Shown here one piece after another: positions 49,022-58,146 of a stretch of 64,000 nucleotides of DNA. Where the stretch lies: NCBI GenBank assembly GCA_963767005.1, contig CAVYCN010000012.1:32001-96000 (forward strand), given 5' to 3'. Source of the DNA: an uncultured Actinomycetes bacterium. GTDB lineage: Bacteria; Actinomycetota; Thermoleophilia; UBA2241. The notes under the pieces were generated by a model, which made no database searches, had not been told where the DNA came from, and was given only the letters and a program-made list of their open reading frames with translations. Every line of letters begins with the position of its first letter. The first letter of the stretch is position 1. The position numbers were made by a program, and so were the translations under genes.

Positions 49022-50119
49022 CTCCGGGTCGGTCGCCCCCTCCGTCGAGAAGACGAGGGCGCACATCGCGGGACCTATCTCGAGCAGGCCCCGCGCCGGC
49101 GCGAGCTCGGGCGCCTCGCAGAGCGCGAGCAGGCCGGCAAGTCCGGCGGCGCCGCTCTCGCCCGACTCGATCCCCTCCGCGGCGAGCAGGCGCATGGCCC
49201 GCACGGCGTAGTCGTCGTCGATCGCGAGGCAACCGTCGAACGTGGCGGCCAGCACAGGCCAGGCGACGAGCGACAGGGTGCCGCAGTTCAGGCCGGCCAT
49301 GATCGAGCGGTGCGGACCGGGGACGGTCACGATCGTGCCCGCCGCGAGCGACTCGAGCATGCAGGCGGCGCCGTCGGGCTCGACCGCGACGAGGGCCGGC
49401 TGCGCGGCGCCCGCGTAGTGCACGCCGACGGCGGCCGCGAGGGCGCCGACGCCGCACTGGACGAGCACGATGTCCGGTCGCGGCGCCCCGAGCTGCGCGA
49501 GCTGCCGGTCGATCTCGCGCAGCAGGGTGGCGTAGCCGTCGATCACGGCCCGGGGCGTGTCTTCGTAGCCGGGCCACGACGTGTCGCTCACGACCAGGCA
49601 CTGACCCTCCGCGTCGCGAGCGGCGCGCGCGACCGCGTCGTCGTAGGAACCCCGCACGACCTCGACGTGCGCACCCTCGGCGGCGATCGCGTCGATGCGC
49701 GCCGGCACCGTCCCGGCCGGCACGTAGATCGTCGCCGCCATATCGAGCAGCGCGGCCATGTGGGCGAGGGCCCTGCCGTGGTTGCCGTCGGTCGCCGTCA
49801 CCAGCCTGAGGCCGGTCAGCGAGGCGGTTCGCGCCTTGAGCTCGGCGAAGGTCCCGGCAGGCGGCAGCCCGAGCCGCCCGGCGATCGCGCGGTTCACGCC
49901 CCACGAGGCGCCGACGATCTTGAAGGCGGGCAGCCCCAGGCAGGACGACAGGTCCTTCACGAGCAGCTCGCCGATGCCCAGGGCGCGCGCCAGCGCGGGC
50001 ACGCGGAGCAGCGGCCCGGGCGCGTAACCCGGCATGCTGCGGTGGAACGTCGTCGGGTCGGGCTCAGGCCGCGCCGCGCCGCGCCTTCGCACGGTCGGCG
50101 CAGCCACGAACCGGTTCAC
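48992..50119 (-). CDS. Diaminopropionate ammonia-lyase-like PLP enzyme
   Basis: LGLPAFKIVG, ATDGNHGRA, VSDTSWPGY, QCGVGALA, MAGLNCG, GESGAAG. Confidence 0.85.
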   Translation of the reverse strand: MNRFVAAPTVRRRGAARPEPDPTTFHRSMPGYAPGPLLRVPALARALGIGELLVKDLSSCLGLPAFKIVGASWGVNRAIAGRLGLPPAGTFAELKARTASLTGLRLVTATDGNHGRALAHMAALLDMAATIYVPAGTVPARIDAIAAEGAHVEVVRGSYDDAVARAARDAEGQCLVVSDTSWPGYEDTPRAVIDGYATLLREIDRQLAQLGAPRPDIVLVQCGVGALAAAVGVHYAGAAQPALVAVEPDGAACMLESLAAGTIVTVPGPHRSIMAGLNCGTLSLVAWPVLAATFDGCLAIDDDYAVRAMRLLAAEGIESGESGAAGLAGLLALCEAPELAPARGLLEIGPAMCALVFSTEGATDPEAYARIVADG

Positions 50120-50145
50120 GCGCGGAACCCCCTTGCGTCGTTGAC

Positions 50146-50159
50146 ATACCGATTATACT
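50146..50159. promoter_or_regulatory. Shared 14-bp operator ATACCGATTATACT between the divergent lyase and binding-protein genes
   Basis: Identical to 53209-53222; AT-rich. Confidence 0.6.
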
Positions 50160-50254
50160 CAGTTTGCCGGTGAGCCAATGCCGGCGCCGCTCGTCGCGGT
50201 GGGGGTATGCACGGCGGCCCTCCTTTCCGCCGTCAGCAAAAGAAGGGAGTCGCG

Positions 50255-51988
50255 ATGCGACGACGTGTCGGGGTGCGGACGTATGTGGCGGCGACGGCCG
50301 CCGTCCTCAAGGGCGCGCGCCGGCCTGCCGCCGTCGCGACGTATGGTCTTCTTCTCGCGGTGGTCGTGTGCGCCGTGGCGCTGGCCGCCTGCGGCAGCTC
50401 GTCGGGCGGCGGCGGGGGCACTACGACCTCCAGCACCACGCCGCAGCGCGGCGGCACGCTCGTCGTGACCTTCCAGGCCGACCCGGTGACGCTCGACCCG
50501 GCGATCGATTTCGAGGGTCCGGGCTGGGCCCTCGAGCACTGCCTCTTCGGCAACCTGCTCAACTACTCGAGCGGGCCGGGGGCGGACGGCACGAAGATCA
50601 TCGCCGACATGGCGACCGAGGTGCCGACCGTGGCCAACGGCGGCATCACCAACGGCGGCAAGACGTACATCTTCCACATTCGGCCCGGCATCAAGTTCGC
50701 CCCGCCCGTGAACCGCGAGTGCACCGCCGCCGACTTCGTCTACAGCTTCCAGCGCATGATGAGCTCACCGACGGCTCCCGGAAAGGGCTACTACGCGGGC
50801 ATCGTCGGCGAGCAGGCCTTCTTGGACGGCAAGGCCAAGACGATCGCCGGCTACAGGGCGACCGGCAAGTACACTCTCGAGGTCGACCTCGAGCAGCCCA
50901 ACGCCACGTTCCTCAACATCATGGAGATGCCGTTCAACGCCCCGCTGGCCAGGGAGTGGGTCGCCAAGTGGGGCAAGCAGGTCGGCCGGCATCCGCTGGG
51001 GACGGGGCCGTACGTGCTCGACCACTGGCAGGCCGCCCAGGACATCCTCATCACCCGCAACCCGAACTACACGGGGACGGCAGGCTACCTCGACGCCATC
51101 CACTTCGAGTACTCGATCACGCCGGACACGGCCGTGCTCAAGGTGCAGAGCGGCGACGCCGACCTGCTCGGCGACTACATCCCGCCGGCCAACTACCCCG
51201 GTCTGATCGCGAACCCGCAGTGGAAGAGTCAGGTGGTCGTCGAACCCGCCGTCGCGCTGAACTGCCTGTTCATGAACGTCACGGTCAAGCCGTTCGACAA
51301 CCTGCTCGTGCGCCAGGCGATCGAGTGGGCGATCGACCGGCAGAAGATCGTGAAGCTGCTCTCGGGGACGGGCATGGCGCTCGACCAGATCTACCCCGCC
51401 GGCCTGCCCGGCCACGTCGACGGCGCCGCCGGCAACTTTTACGGCTACGACCCGGCCAAGGCCAAGCAGCTCCTGAGTCAGGCCGGCTTCCCCAACGGCT
51501 TCAGCACGACCCTGTACTCGAGCAACGTGGCGCCCTGGCCGACGCTGCTCCAGTCCATCCAGTACGACCTCGCCCAGGTGGGCATCAAGGCGAACATCAA
51601 GCTGCTCGAGCAGGCGACGTACTGGGCGCAGATCGGCAAGAAGGGCGCCTGCGGCGTCGGCATGAACAACTGGTGGATGGACTATCCCGACCCGTTCGAC
51701 TTCATCAACGGCATGCTCAGCAAGAGCACGGCGATCAACCTGGGCAGCAACCCGAGCTTCTGGTGGGACCCGACGATCGAGAAGGACCTCGTGCAGGCAC
51801 AGGCCATGACCGACCCGGTCGCCCGCCTTGCGCTGTACGACCAGATGCAGACCCACATCATGGCTCAGGCGCCCCTCGTGCCGCTCTATCAGTCGGTGGT
51901 CACGACGCTGCACTCCAAGCGCACCGGCGGCGTCTACCTGCACCCGGTGTGGATCTTCGACTACGAGCACTACTGGATCACCAAGTAG
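50255..51988 (+). CDS. Family 5 (peptide/nickel) ABC substrate-binding lipoprotein, copy 1
   Basis: LAAC lipobox, TLDPA, GTGPY, RQAI..AIDR, WWMDYPDP. Confidence 0.9.
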   Translation: MRRRVGVRTYVAATAAVLKGARRPAAVATYGLLLAVVVCAVALAACGSSSGGGGGTTTSSTTPQRGGTLVVTFQADPVTLDPAIDFEGPGWALEHCLFGNLLNYSSGPGADGTKIIADMATEVPTVANGGITNGGKTYIFHIRPGIKFAPPVNRECTAADFVYSFQRMMSSPTAPGKGYYAGIVGEQAFLDGKAKTIAGYRATGKYTLEVDLEQPNATFLNIMEMPFNAPLAREWVAKWGKQVGRHPLGTGPYVLDHWQAAQDILITRNPNYTGTAGYLDAIHFEYSITPDTAVLKVQSGDADLLGDYIPPANYPGLIANPQWKSQVVVEPAVALNCLFMNVTVKPFDNLLVRQAIEWAIDRQKIVKLLSGTGMALDQIYPAGLPGHVDGAAGNFYGYDPAKAKQLLSQAGFPNGFSTTLYSSNVAPWPTLLQSIQYDLAQVGIKANIKLLEQATYWAQIGKKGACGVGMNNWWMDYPDPFDFINGMLSKSTAINLGSNPSFWWDPTIEKDLVQAQAMTDPVARLALYDQMQTHIMAQAPLVPLYQSVVTTLHSKRTGGVYLHPVWIFDYEHYWITK

Positions 51989-52014
51989 GCGGCCGGCTCG
52001 CGCGGCGGCGCGAG

Positions 52015-52055
52015 CGGCGGCGGCGGGGCGCGCTACGCGCGCCCCGCCGCCGCCG
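52015..52055. terminator. Hairpin between convergent genes
   Basis: 19-bp perfect stem, TAC loop. Confidence 0.6.
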
Positions 52056-52061
52056 ACCCGT

Positions 52062-53147
52062 CTACAGGGTCCTCGTGACCTTGTGCAGCCCGCGCGGCCT
52101 GTCGGGGTCGTAGCCGCGCGCCTCGGCCAGACGCGCGGCCAGCAGCTGACCCGGCACGATCGCGGCAAGCGGCGACAGCGGCTCCGGAGGCGTCTGCGGC
52201 AGGTGCAGGCAGCGCCTTCTGGCGCTCTCGCCCTTGGCGCGCTCGCTCACGGCGCGCTCGTTTGCCGCTGCGCCCGCCGCACCGTGTGCGCCCTCGACGA
52301 CGACGATCTCCGCGCCGCGCTGCAGCAGGTCGCCCTCGAGGCGGTGCATGGCCGGGAGCGCCCGACCGGGGAGCGAGAACAGCAGGGCCGGATAGCCCGG
52401 CTCGACCATCGCGATGGGGCCGTGCATGAGATCGGCCGCCGAGTAGGGCATGGCCGCGATGTACGAGGTCTCCTTGAGCTTGAGCGCGGTCTCGAGCGCC
52501 GTCGCGAAGTTGTAGCCGCGCGCGGCGACCAGCAGTCGCTCGCTGAAACGCAGCCATTGCGCGATCTCGCCGATCGCGGCGTCGAGCGACAGCGCGGCCC
52601 GCATCGCGGCGGGCACCGCGTCGCGCAGCGCGGCGAGCAGCGCCGCGTCGTCGCACCACGTCGCCCAGAACAGGGCGAGCGCCGCGAGCTGGCTCGTGTA
52701 GGTCTTGGTCGCGGCCACGGCGCGCTCGCGTCCGGCGCGGGTCGGCAGCACGGCGTGGGCGTGCCGCGCGAGCAGGCTGTCGTCGTCGTTGGTGATGGCC
52801 ACCGTGAAGGCGCCCGCGACGCGCGCGTGCGCGACGTACTCGGCGACGTCGGGCGTCTCGCCGCTCTGGCTGATGCCGACGACGAGGCACTCGCGCAGAT
52901 CAGCGGGCCTGTCGTACACGGTGGCCGAGCTCGGGACCGCGAGGCCGGCGGGCACGCCGGCGTGGATCGTCGCCAGGTACTTGCCGTACACGGCCGCGTT
53001 GTCGCTCGTGCCGCGGGCCGCGTAGAGCACGAAGCGGGCGCCGGCGGCGCGCGCGCCGGCGACGGCCGCGCGATAGGGAGCGAGGTCGGCCGCGAGGCGA
53101 GCGACGATGTCGGGCTGCTCGAAGATCTCGTCGCGCATCAAGCTCAC
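52062..53147 (-). CDS. Double-SIS-domain sugar-phosphate isomerase/deaminase (GlmS isomerase/FrlB/AgaS-like)
   Basis: EIFEQP, ARGTSDNA, ISQSGETPD, AVAATKTY, ALKLKE, HGP, PRGLHKVT. Confidence 0.88.
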   Translation of the reverse strand: MSLMRDEIFEQPDIVARLAADLAPYRAAVAGARAAGARFVLYAARGTSDNAAVYGKYLATIHAGVPAGLAVPSSATVYDRPADLRECLVVGISQSGETPDVAEYVAHARVAGAFTVAITNDDDSLLARHAHAVLPTRAGRERAVAATKTYTSQLAALALFWATWCDDAALLAALRDAVPAAMRAALSLDAAIGEIAQWLRFSERLLVAARGYNFATALETALKLKETSYIAAMPYSAADLMHGPIAMVEPGYPALLFSLPGRALPAMHRLEGDLLQRGAEIVVVEGAHGAAGAAANERAVSERAKGESARRRCLHLPQTPPEPLSPLAAIVPGQLLAARLAEARGYDPDRPRGLHKVTRTL

Positions 53148-53200
53148 GGCTCTCTCGTCTCCTGTCTCGCCCGCCGTGGCCGGCGGCATCGCGCCCGACC

Positions 53201-53222
53201 AGCCTAGTATACCGATTATACT
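53201..53222 (-). promoter_or_regulatory. -10 TAGGCT plus the shared operator upstream of the SIS gene
   Basis: ATACCGATTATACT at 53209-53222, identical to 50146-50159. Confidence 0.6.
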
Positions 53223-53288
53223 GACCTTTCGCGCTGCGCGGCGCTTTCACTCGTGATCGTCCGCGCGGTCGACTTCCGGCCGGCTCGC

Positions 53289-53354
53289 CTTTATAGGGTC
53301 TTGACGGCGACGGCGCCCCCGTTCACGGGTCCTTACGCCCGGCGCTGCCATCAT
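53289..53354 (+). promoter_or_regulatory. Four-box promoter H, outside the kdp island
   Basis: CTTTATA 53289, CTTGACG 53300, GTTCACG 53321, (C)CTTACG 53331-53337; -10 CATCAT at 53349-53354. Confidence 0.65.
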
Positions 53355-53360
53355 CGCAAC

Positions 53361-53515
53361 GACGCCCCGCCGTCTCTCTGTCCCCGGCGGGGCGCCGGCT
53401 CGCAAGGGCACGGGCGACCCGCTCGCCGGCGCCGTCGCGACGCTCGGACTTCGGCCCTCCCCCGTGGGGCCGGACAACAAGGCCGCCGGGCCGCAAGGCC
53501 CGGCGGCCTTGTTTT
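53361..53515 (+). ncRNA. Putative small regulatory RNA (~155 nt)
   Basis: Four-box promoter upstream, 5' hairpin at the predicted start, C/U-rich loops, no ATG-initiated ORF, own terminator. Confidence 0.55.
53476..53515 (+). terminator. Intrinsic terminator of the putative sRNA
   Basis: 17-bp stem, GCAA loop, ends TTGTTTT on the + strand. Confidence 0.75.
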
Positions 53516-53539
53516 GCGTGAGGTCGACGGAGACGACGC

Positions 53540-53583
53540 GACGGGCCCGGCGGGGCGGCTTTGGCCGCCCCGCCGGGCCCGTC
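53540..53583 (-). terminator. Hairpin after binding-protein copy 2
   Basis: 20-bp perfect stem, about 25 nt past the stop codon. Confidence 0.65.
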
Positions 53584-53607
53584 CGGCCGATCACGCCTGT
53601 CGCGCGG

Positions 53608-55305
53608 CTACTTGGTGATCCAGTAATGCTCGAAGTCGAAGATCCACACCGGGTGCAGGTAGACGCCGCCGGTGCGCCTGGAGTGCAGTGTGGTCACGGT
53701 CTCCTGGTACAGGGGCACGCCCGGCATCTGCTGCATGATGTAGGACTGGATGTCCTGGAACTTCGCCAGGCGCGCCGCCGGGTCGGTCATGACCTGAGCG
53801 CTGGTCATGTCGGTCTCGACCTTCGGATCCCACCAGAAGCTGGGGTTCGTGCCCTCGTCGATCGCCGAGCTCCTGCTGAACAGGCTGACGATGTAGTCGA
53901 ACGGATCGGGGTAGTCCATCCACCAGTCGTTCAGGCCGAGACCGACTGCGCCCTTCTTGCCGATCAGTGTCCAGTACGCCGGCTCGTCGAGCAGCTTGAT
54001 GTTCGCCTTGATGCCCACCTGGGCGAGGTCGTACTGGATGGACTGGATCACGGTGGGCCACGGCGCGACGTTGTGCGAGTACAGGGTCGTGCTGAAGCCG
54101 TTGGGGAAGCCGGCCTGACTCAGGAGCTGCTTGGCCTTGGCCGGGTCGTAGCCGTAAAAGTTGCCGGCGGCGCCGTCGACGTGGCCGGGCAGACCGGCGG
54201 GGTAGATCTGGTTGAGCGGCAGGGCCGTGCCCGAAAGCAGCTTGACGATCTTGGCGCGATCGATGGTCCAGGCGATCGCCTGACGCACCAGCAGGTTATC
54301 GAACGGCTTGACCGTCATGTTGAAGAACAGGTAGTCGAGCGCGATCGCCGGCTCCTGGACCACCTGGCTCTTCCACTGCGGGCTCGCGACCAGGCCCGGG
54401 TACTTCGACGGCGGGATATAGTTGCCGAGCAGGTCGGCGTCGCCGTCCTGCACCTTGAGCACGGCCGTGTCCGGCGTGATCGAGAAGTCGAACTGGATCT
54501 TGTCGACGTACCCCGCGGTGCCCGTGTAGTTCGTATTGCGCACAAGCAGCAGGTCCTGGCTCGCGGTCCAGTGGTCGCACACGTAGGGGCCCGTGCCGAG
54601 GGGGTGCCGGCCGACCTGCTTGCCCCACTTGGCGACCCACTCCCTGGCCACGGGCGCGCTGAAGGGCATCTCCATGATGTTGAGGAACGTGGCGATCGGC
54701 TTCTCGAGGTCGACCTCGAGGGTGTACGTGCCGGTCGCCTTGTAGCCGGTGATCGTCTTGGCCTTGCCGTCGAGGAACGCCTGCAGGCCGACGATGCCGG
54801 TGTAGTAGCCCTTCGCCGGGGCGGTCGGCAGGCTCATCATGCGCTGGAAGCTGTAGACGAAGTCGGCCGCCGTGACCTCGCGGTTCACCGGCGGGGCGAA
54901 CTTGATGCCCGGCCTGATGTGGAAGATGTAGGTCTTGCCGCCGTTTGTGATGCCGCCGTTGGCCACGGTCGGGACCTCCGTCGCCATGTCGGCGATGACC
55001 TTCGTGCCGGCGGCGCCTGGGCCGCTCGTGTAGTTCAGCAGGTTGCCGAAGATGGCGTGCTCGATGGCCCAGCCGTTGCCCTCGAAATCGATCGCCGGAT
55101 CGAGCGTCTGTGGCTCGTTCTGGAACGCGACGACGAGCGTGCCGCCGCGCTGCGGCGTGGTCGCCGACGTCGCGCTCGCGCCGCCGCCGCCGCCCGACGA
55201 GCTGCCGCAGGCGACCAGTCCGAGAGCACACACGACCAGCACGACGAGCAGGCCACCGACGACGCCGGCGGCAGGCCGGCGCGCGTCCCTGAGGAAGGCA
55301 GTCAT
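53608..55305 (-). CDS. Family 5 ABC substrate-binding lipoprotein, copy 2 (close paralog of copy 1)
   Basis: LVAC lipobox; collinear with copy 1 to the C-terminal EHYWITK; AAAGGAG RBS. Confidence 0.9.
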   Translation of the reverse strand: MTAFLRDARRPAAGVVGGLLVVLVVCALGLVACGSSSGGGGGASATSATTPQRGGTLVVAFQNEPQTLDPAIDFEGNGWAIEHAIFGNLLNYTSGPGAAGTKVIADMATEVPTVANGGITNGGKTYIFHIRPGIKFAPPVNREVTAADFVYSFQRMMSLPTAPAKGYYTGIVGLQAFLDGKAKTITGYKATGTYTLEVDLEKPIATFLNIMEMPFSAPVAREWVAKWGKQVGRHPLGTGPYVCDHWTASQDLLLVRNTNYTGTAGYVDKIQFDFSITPDTAVLKVQDGDADLLGNYIPPSKYPGLVASPQWKSQVVQEPAIALDYLFFNMTVKPFDNLLVRQAIAWTIDRAKIVKLLSGTALPLNQIYPAGLPGHVDGAAGNFYGYDPAKAKQLLSQAGFPNGFSTTLYSHNVAPWPTVIQSIQYDLAQVGIKANIKLLDEPAYWTLIGKKGAVGLGLNDWWMDYPDPFDYIVSLFSRSSAIDEGTNPSFWWDPKVETDMTSAQVMTDPAARLAKFQDIQSYIMQQMPGVPLYQETVTTLHSRRTGGVYLHPVWIFDFEHYWITK

Positions 55306-55400
55306 GAAAGCTCCTTTCGCGACCCCTGCCGGCCCCTCACGACCGGTGCGCTTACGTTAGCATAGGGACATACGACACGACGCCCGAGGAGCTGCTCACC

Positions 55401-56564
55401 GTGGGACCGACCGACGCCGATCTGCTCGACCTGCTCTGCGACCTGGTCGCGATCGATTCGACCAACCCCGGTCTCGTGCCGGGAGCGGCCGGCGAAGACA
55501 AGCTCGTGCGCTTCCTCGCCCGGCGGCTCACGGCCGCCGGCCTGCAGGTCGACGTCTGGGAGCCGCGCCGCCGGCGCCCGAACTTCGTCGCCGTGCTGCC
55601 CGGCCATGGCGAGGGCGCTCCCAGCCTCATGCTGGTGAGCCACCTCGACGTGGTCGGCGCACCGCCCGAGCTGTTCACGCCGCAGGTGCGCAACGGCCGC
55701 CTCTACGGCCGCGGCAGCAACGACATGAAGGCCGGCCTGGCCGCGGCCGTGACCGTCGCCGAGCGCCTCGCGGCCGAACGGCGCGCAGCCGGCGGCAGGT
55801 CGCCGCTGCGCGGCGACCTGCTGATCGCCGGCTGCGCCGACGAGGAATGGGAGAGCTTCGGCGCCGAGGCGCTCGTGCAGCGCTACCATCCCCAGGCCGC
55901 CATCCTGCCCGAGTGCACCGACCTCGACGTCACGGTGGAGCACGGCGGCTTCGCCTGGTTCGCCCTCGAGAGCACAGGCGTCGAGTCGGCCGGCGCCGAA
56001 CCCGAGAAGGGCGTCGACGCCATCGCCCTGCTCGGCCCGGTGCTCGCCGGCATCGCCGCCCTCGACCGCGAGCTGGCGGCGCGTCCGGCGGCCGAGTACG
56101 GGCGCGGCTCCATCCACGCCTCGACGATCGAAGGCGGCACGCAGCTGCCCGCCTACCCCGGGCTCTGCCGCCTGGGCGTCGAGCGCTGCCTGATCGCCGG
56201 AGAGTCGGTCGCCCAGTCGCGGGCCGAGATCGACGCGCTGCTCGCCGCGGCGCACGCGGTCGACCCGCGCTTCGATGCCACAAGCCGGCTCGTCGTGGGC
56301 CGCGAGCCGGTGGCCCTGCGGCGCGACGACCCCGTGGTCCTCGCGCTCGTCGGGGCCGCCGCCGAGGAGCTCGGCCACCCGCCGGTCGTGCGCGGCGACA
56401 TCGGCTGGGCCGACTCCGGCATCTTCGCCGAGGCCGGCATCCCCTGCGCCCAGTTCGGCCCGATCGGCGACGGCGAGCACACCGCCGGCGAGTGGGTCGA
56501 CGTCGAGTCGGTCGCCCTCGTGGCGCGCGCCCTCGAGCGCGCCGTGCGGGCTTACTGCTCCTGA
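55401..56564 (+). CDS. M20-family amidohydrolase (ArgE/DapE-like)
   Basis: SHLDVV, YGRGSNDMKAG, DEE, PE, GEH..EWV. Confidence 0.88.
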   Translation: MGPTDADLLDLLCDLVAIDSTNPGLVPGAAGEDKLVRFLARRLTAAGLQVDVWEPRRRRPNFVAVLPGHGEGAPSLMLVSHLDVVGAPPELFTPQVRNGRLYGRGSNDMKAGLAAAVTVAERLAAERRAAGGRSPLRGDLLIAGCADEEWESFGAEALVQRYHPQAAILPECTDLDVTVEHGGFAWFALESTGVESAGAEPEKGVDAIALLGPVLAGIAALDRELAARPAAEYGRGSIHASTIEGGTQLPAYPGLCRLGVERCLIAGESVAQSRAEIDALLAAAHAVDPRFDATSRLVVGREPVALRRDDPVVLALVGAAAEELGHPPVVRGDIGWADSGIFAEAGIPCAQFGPIGDGEHTAGEWVDVESVALVARALERAVRAYCS

Positions 56565-56614
56565 GCCCGCGCGCGCCACGCCCCGGCGGGCGCGCGTGGG
56601 GTATGGTGACGAAC

Positions 56615-57337
56615 ATGATCAGAGCCGTGACGCTCGACTTCTGGAACACGCTGATGGACGACTTCCACCTGTCGTCGCGCCAGGAGCTGCGCACGCTGCG
56701 CCTGCGCGAGATCGTGGCGCCCTACGGCTACTCGCCCGACCCCGACGCCATCGAGACCGCCTTCGACGAGGTGTGGCGGCGCTTCGACCGCGTCTGGCTC
56801 AAGAAGAAGCGCACGCCGATCACCGCCGAGTCGGTCGACGTCCTGCTACACGCGCTGCGCATCCGCCTGCCGGCGCCCGCCGTCGCGCAGGTCGTGACCA
56901 TGCTTGAGGAGGTCGCGCTCGACCACCCGCCGCGCACCGTGGCGGGCGTGCCGGAGACGCTGCCCGCTCTCGCCGAGCGCTATGCCCTCGCCGTCGTCTG
57001 CGACGCCGCCCTGACCCCCGGCCGCGTGCTGCGCAAGGTGCTCGCCCTGCACGGCCTCGAGCGGTACTTCGGCGCGTTCTTCTTCTCCGACGAGCACGGC
57101 TGGTCCAAGCCCGACCCGCGCGCCTTCCTCACGCCGCTCGCCGAGCTGGGCATAGCGCCGTCCGAGGCCGTGCACGTCGGCGACATCCAGCGCACCGACA
57201 TCGCCGGGGCGCAGGACGCGGGGCTGCGCGCCGTGCACTTCGTCGGTGTGAACTCGTCCGATCTGCCGAGCTCGACGGCCGACGCCGTCGCCTTCCGTTT
57301 CAGCGAGCTGCCGGCCGTCATCGCCCGTCTCGGGTAA
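56615..57337 (+). CDS. HAD-family hydrolase
   Basis: LDFWNTL, KPDPRAF, HVGDIQRTDIAGA; ATG 7 nt after TATGGT (possibly leaderless). Confidence 0.85.
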   Translation: MIRAVTLDFWNTLMDDFHLSSRQELRTLRLREIVAPYGYSPDPDAIETAFDEVWRRFDRVWLKKKRTPITAESVDVLLHALRIRLPAPAVAQVVTMLEEVALDHPPRTVAGVPETLPALAERYALAVVCDAALTPGRVLRKVLALHGLERYFGAFFFSDEHGWSKPDPRAFLTPLAELGIAPSEAVHVGDIQRTDIAGAQDAGLRAVHFVGVNSSDLPSSTADAVAFRFSELPAVIARLG

Positions 57338-57345
57338 CGCGACCC

Positions 57346-58137
57346 GTGCTCGAGGCGAACGCCGCCACCCTCGTCGCCTGGTCGCTCGCCGCGCTGCTCG
57401 TCGCCATCGGCATCGTCGTCGTCGCCCGTCGCCGGCTGCCGCGGGCAACGGGCGCTCGAGCGCCGGTCGCCCGGCGCCGCCGCCTCACCCCGCTCCTGCT
57501 CGCGATCGGCGTGCCGGCCGCCGTGTTCGCCGTGGTCGCGGCCCTCGTCGTCGCGGGGGACACGCGCGGCTGGGACCTGTCGGTCCTGCACCTCGCGGCG
57601 CGCCACCAGCAGCGCCTGGCCGTCGACACGGCGACGGCGGTGACCACGCTCGGCGCGCTGCCGGTCGTTCTCTTGCTGCTGGCCGCGGCGCTGGTCGCGC
57701 TGCTCTCCCGACGCCGTCTCCGCGAGGCCGCGTTCGTGCTCGCCGCCAGCCTGGCGGCGATGGCCGCCAGCGGCCTCGGCAAGGTCGCCTTCGACCGGCC
57801 GCGTCCGCTGGTCTTCTCGAGCGGTCACGACTGGTCGTTCCTGACCGGCACGAGCGACTGGTCGTTCCCCAGCGGGCACACGATGGGAATCACGGGCCTG
57901 GTGGCGGCGCTCGTCGTCGCGCTGTGGCCCACGCCCTGGCGCTGGCCCGCGCTCGTCGTCGCGCTGCTCGTCAGCGCCGGCGTGGGGGTCACCCGCGTCT
58001 ACCTCGGCGCGCACTTTCCCACCGACGTGATCGCGGGCTGGGCCCTCGCGGTCGCGGTCGTGGGCGTGACCCGGCTGGCGTTCGGGGAGGCTCTGGGCGG
58101 GCGCGGTGGGGATGGGCTTCGCGACCCGCTCATGTAG
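57346..58137 (+). CDS. PAP2-family membrane phosphatase
   Basis: KVAFDRPRP, FPSGH, TRVYLGAHFPTD. Confidence 0.9.
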   Translation: MLEANAATLVAWSLAALLVAIGIVVVARRRLPRATGARAPVARRRRLTPLLLAIGVPAAVFAVVAALVVAGDTRGWDLSVLHLAARHQQRLAVDTATAVTTLGALPVVLLLLAAALVALLSRRRLREAAFVLAASLAAMAASGLGKVAFDRPRPLVFSSGHDWSFLTGTSDWSFPSGHTMGITGLVAALVVALWPTPWRWPALVVALLVSAGVGVTRVYLGAHFPTDVIAGWALAVAVVGVTRLAFGEALGGRGGDGLRDPLM

Positions 58138-58146
58138 ACTCCAAGC

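Noticed and set aside
53247-53618. 115-121 aa ORFs on both strands across the candidate sRNA
   Set aside because: They cross strong terminator hairpins, lack an RBS and have low-complexity translations.
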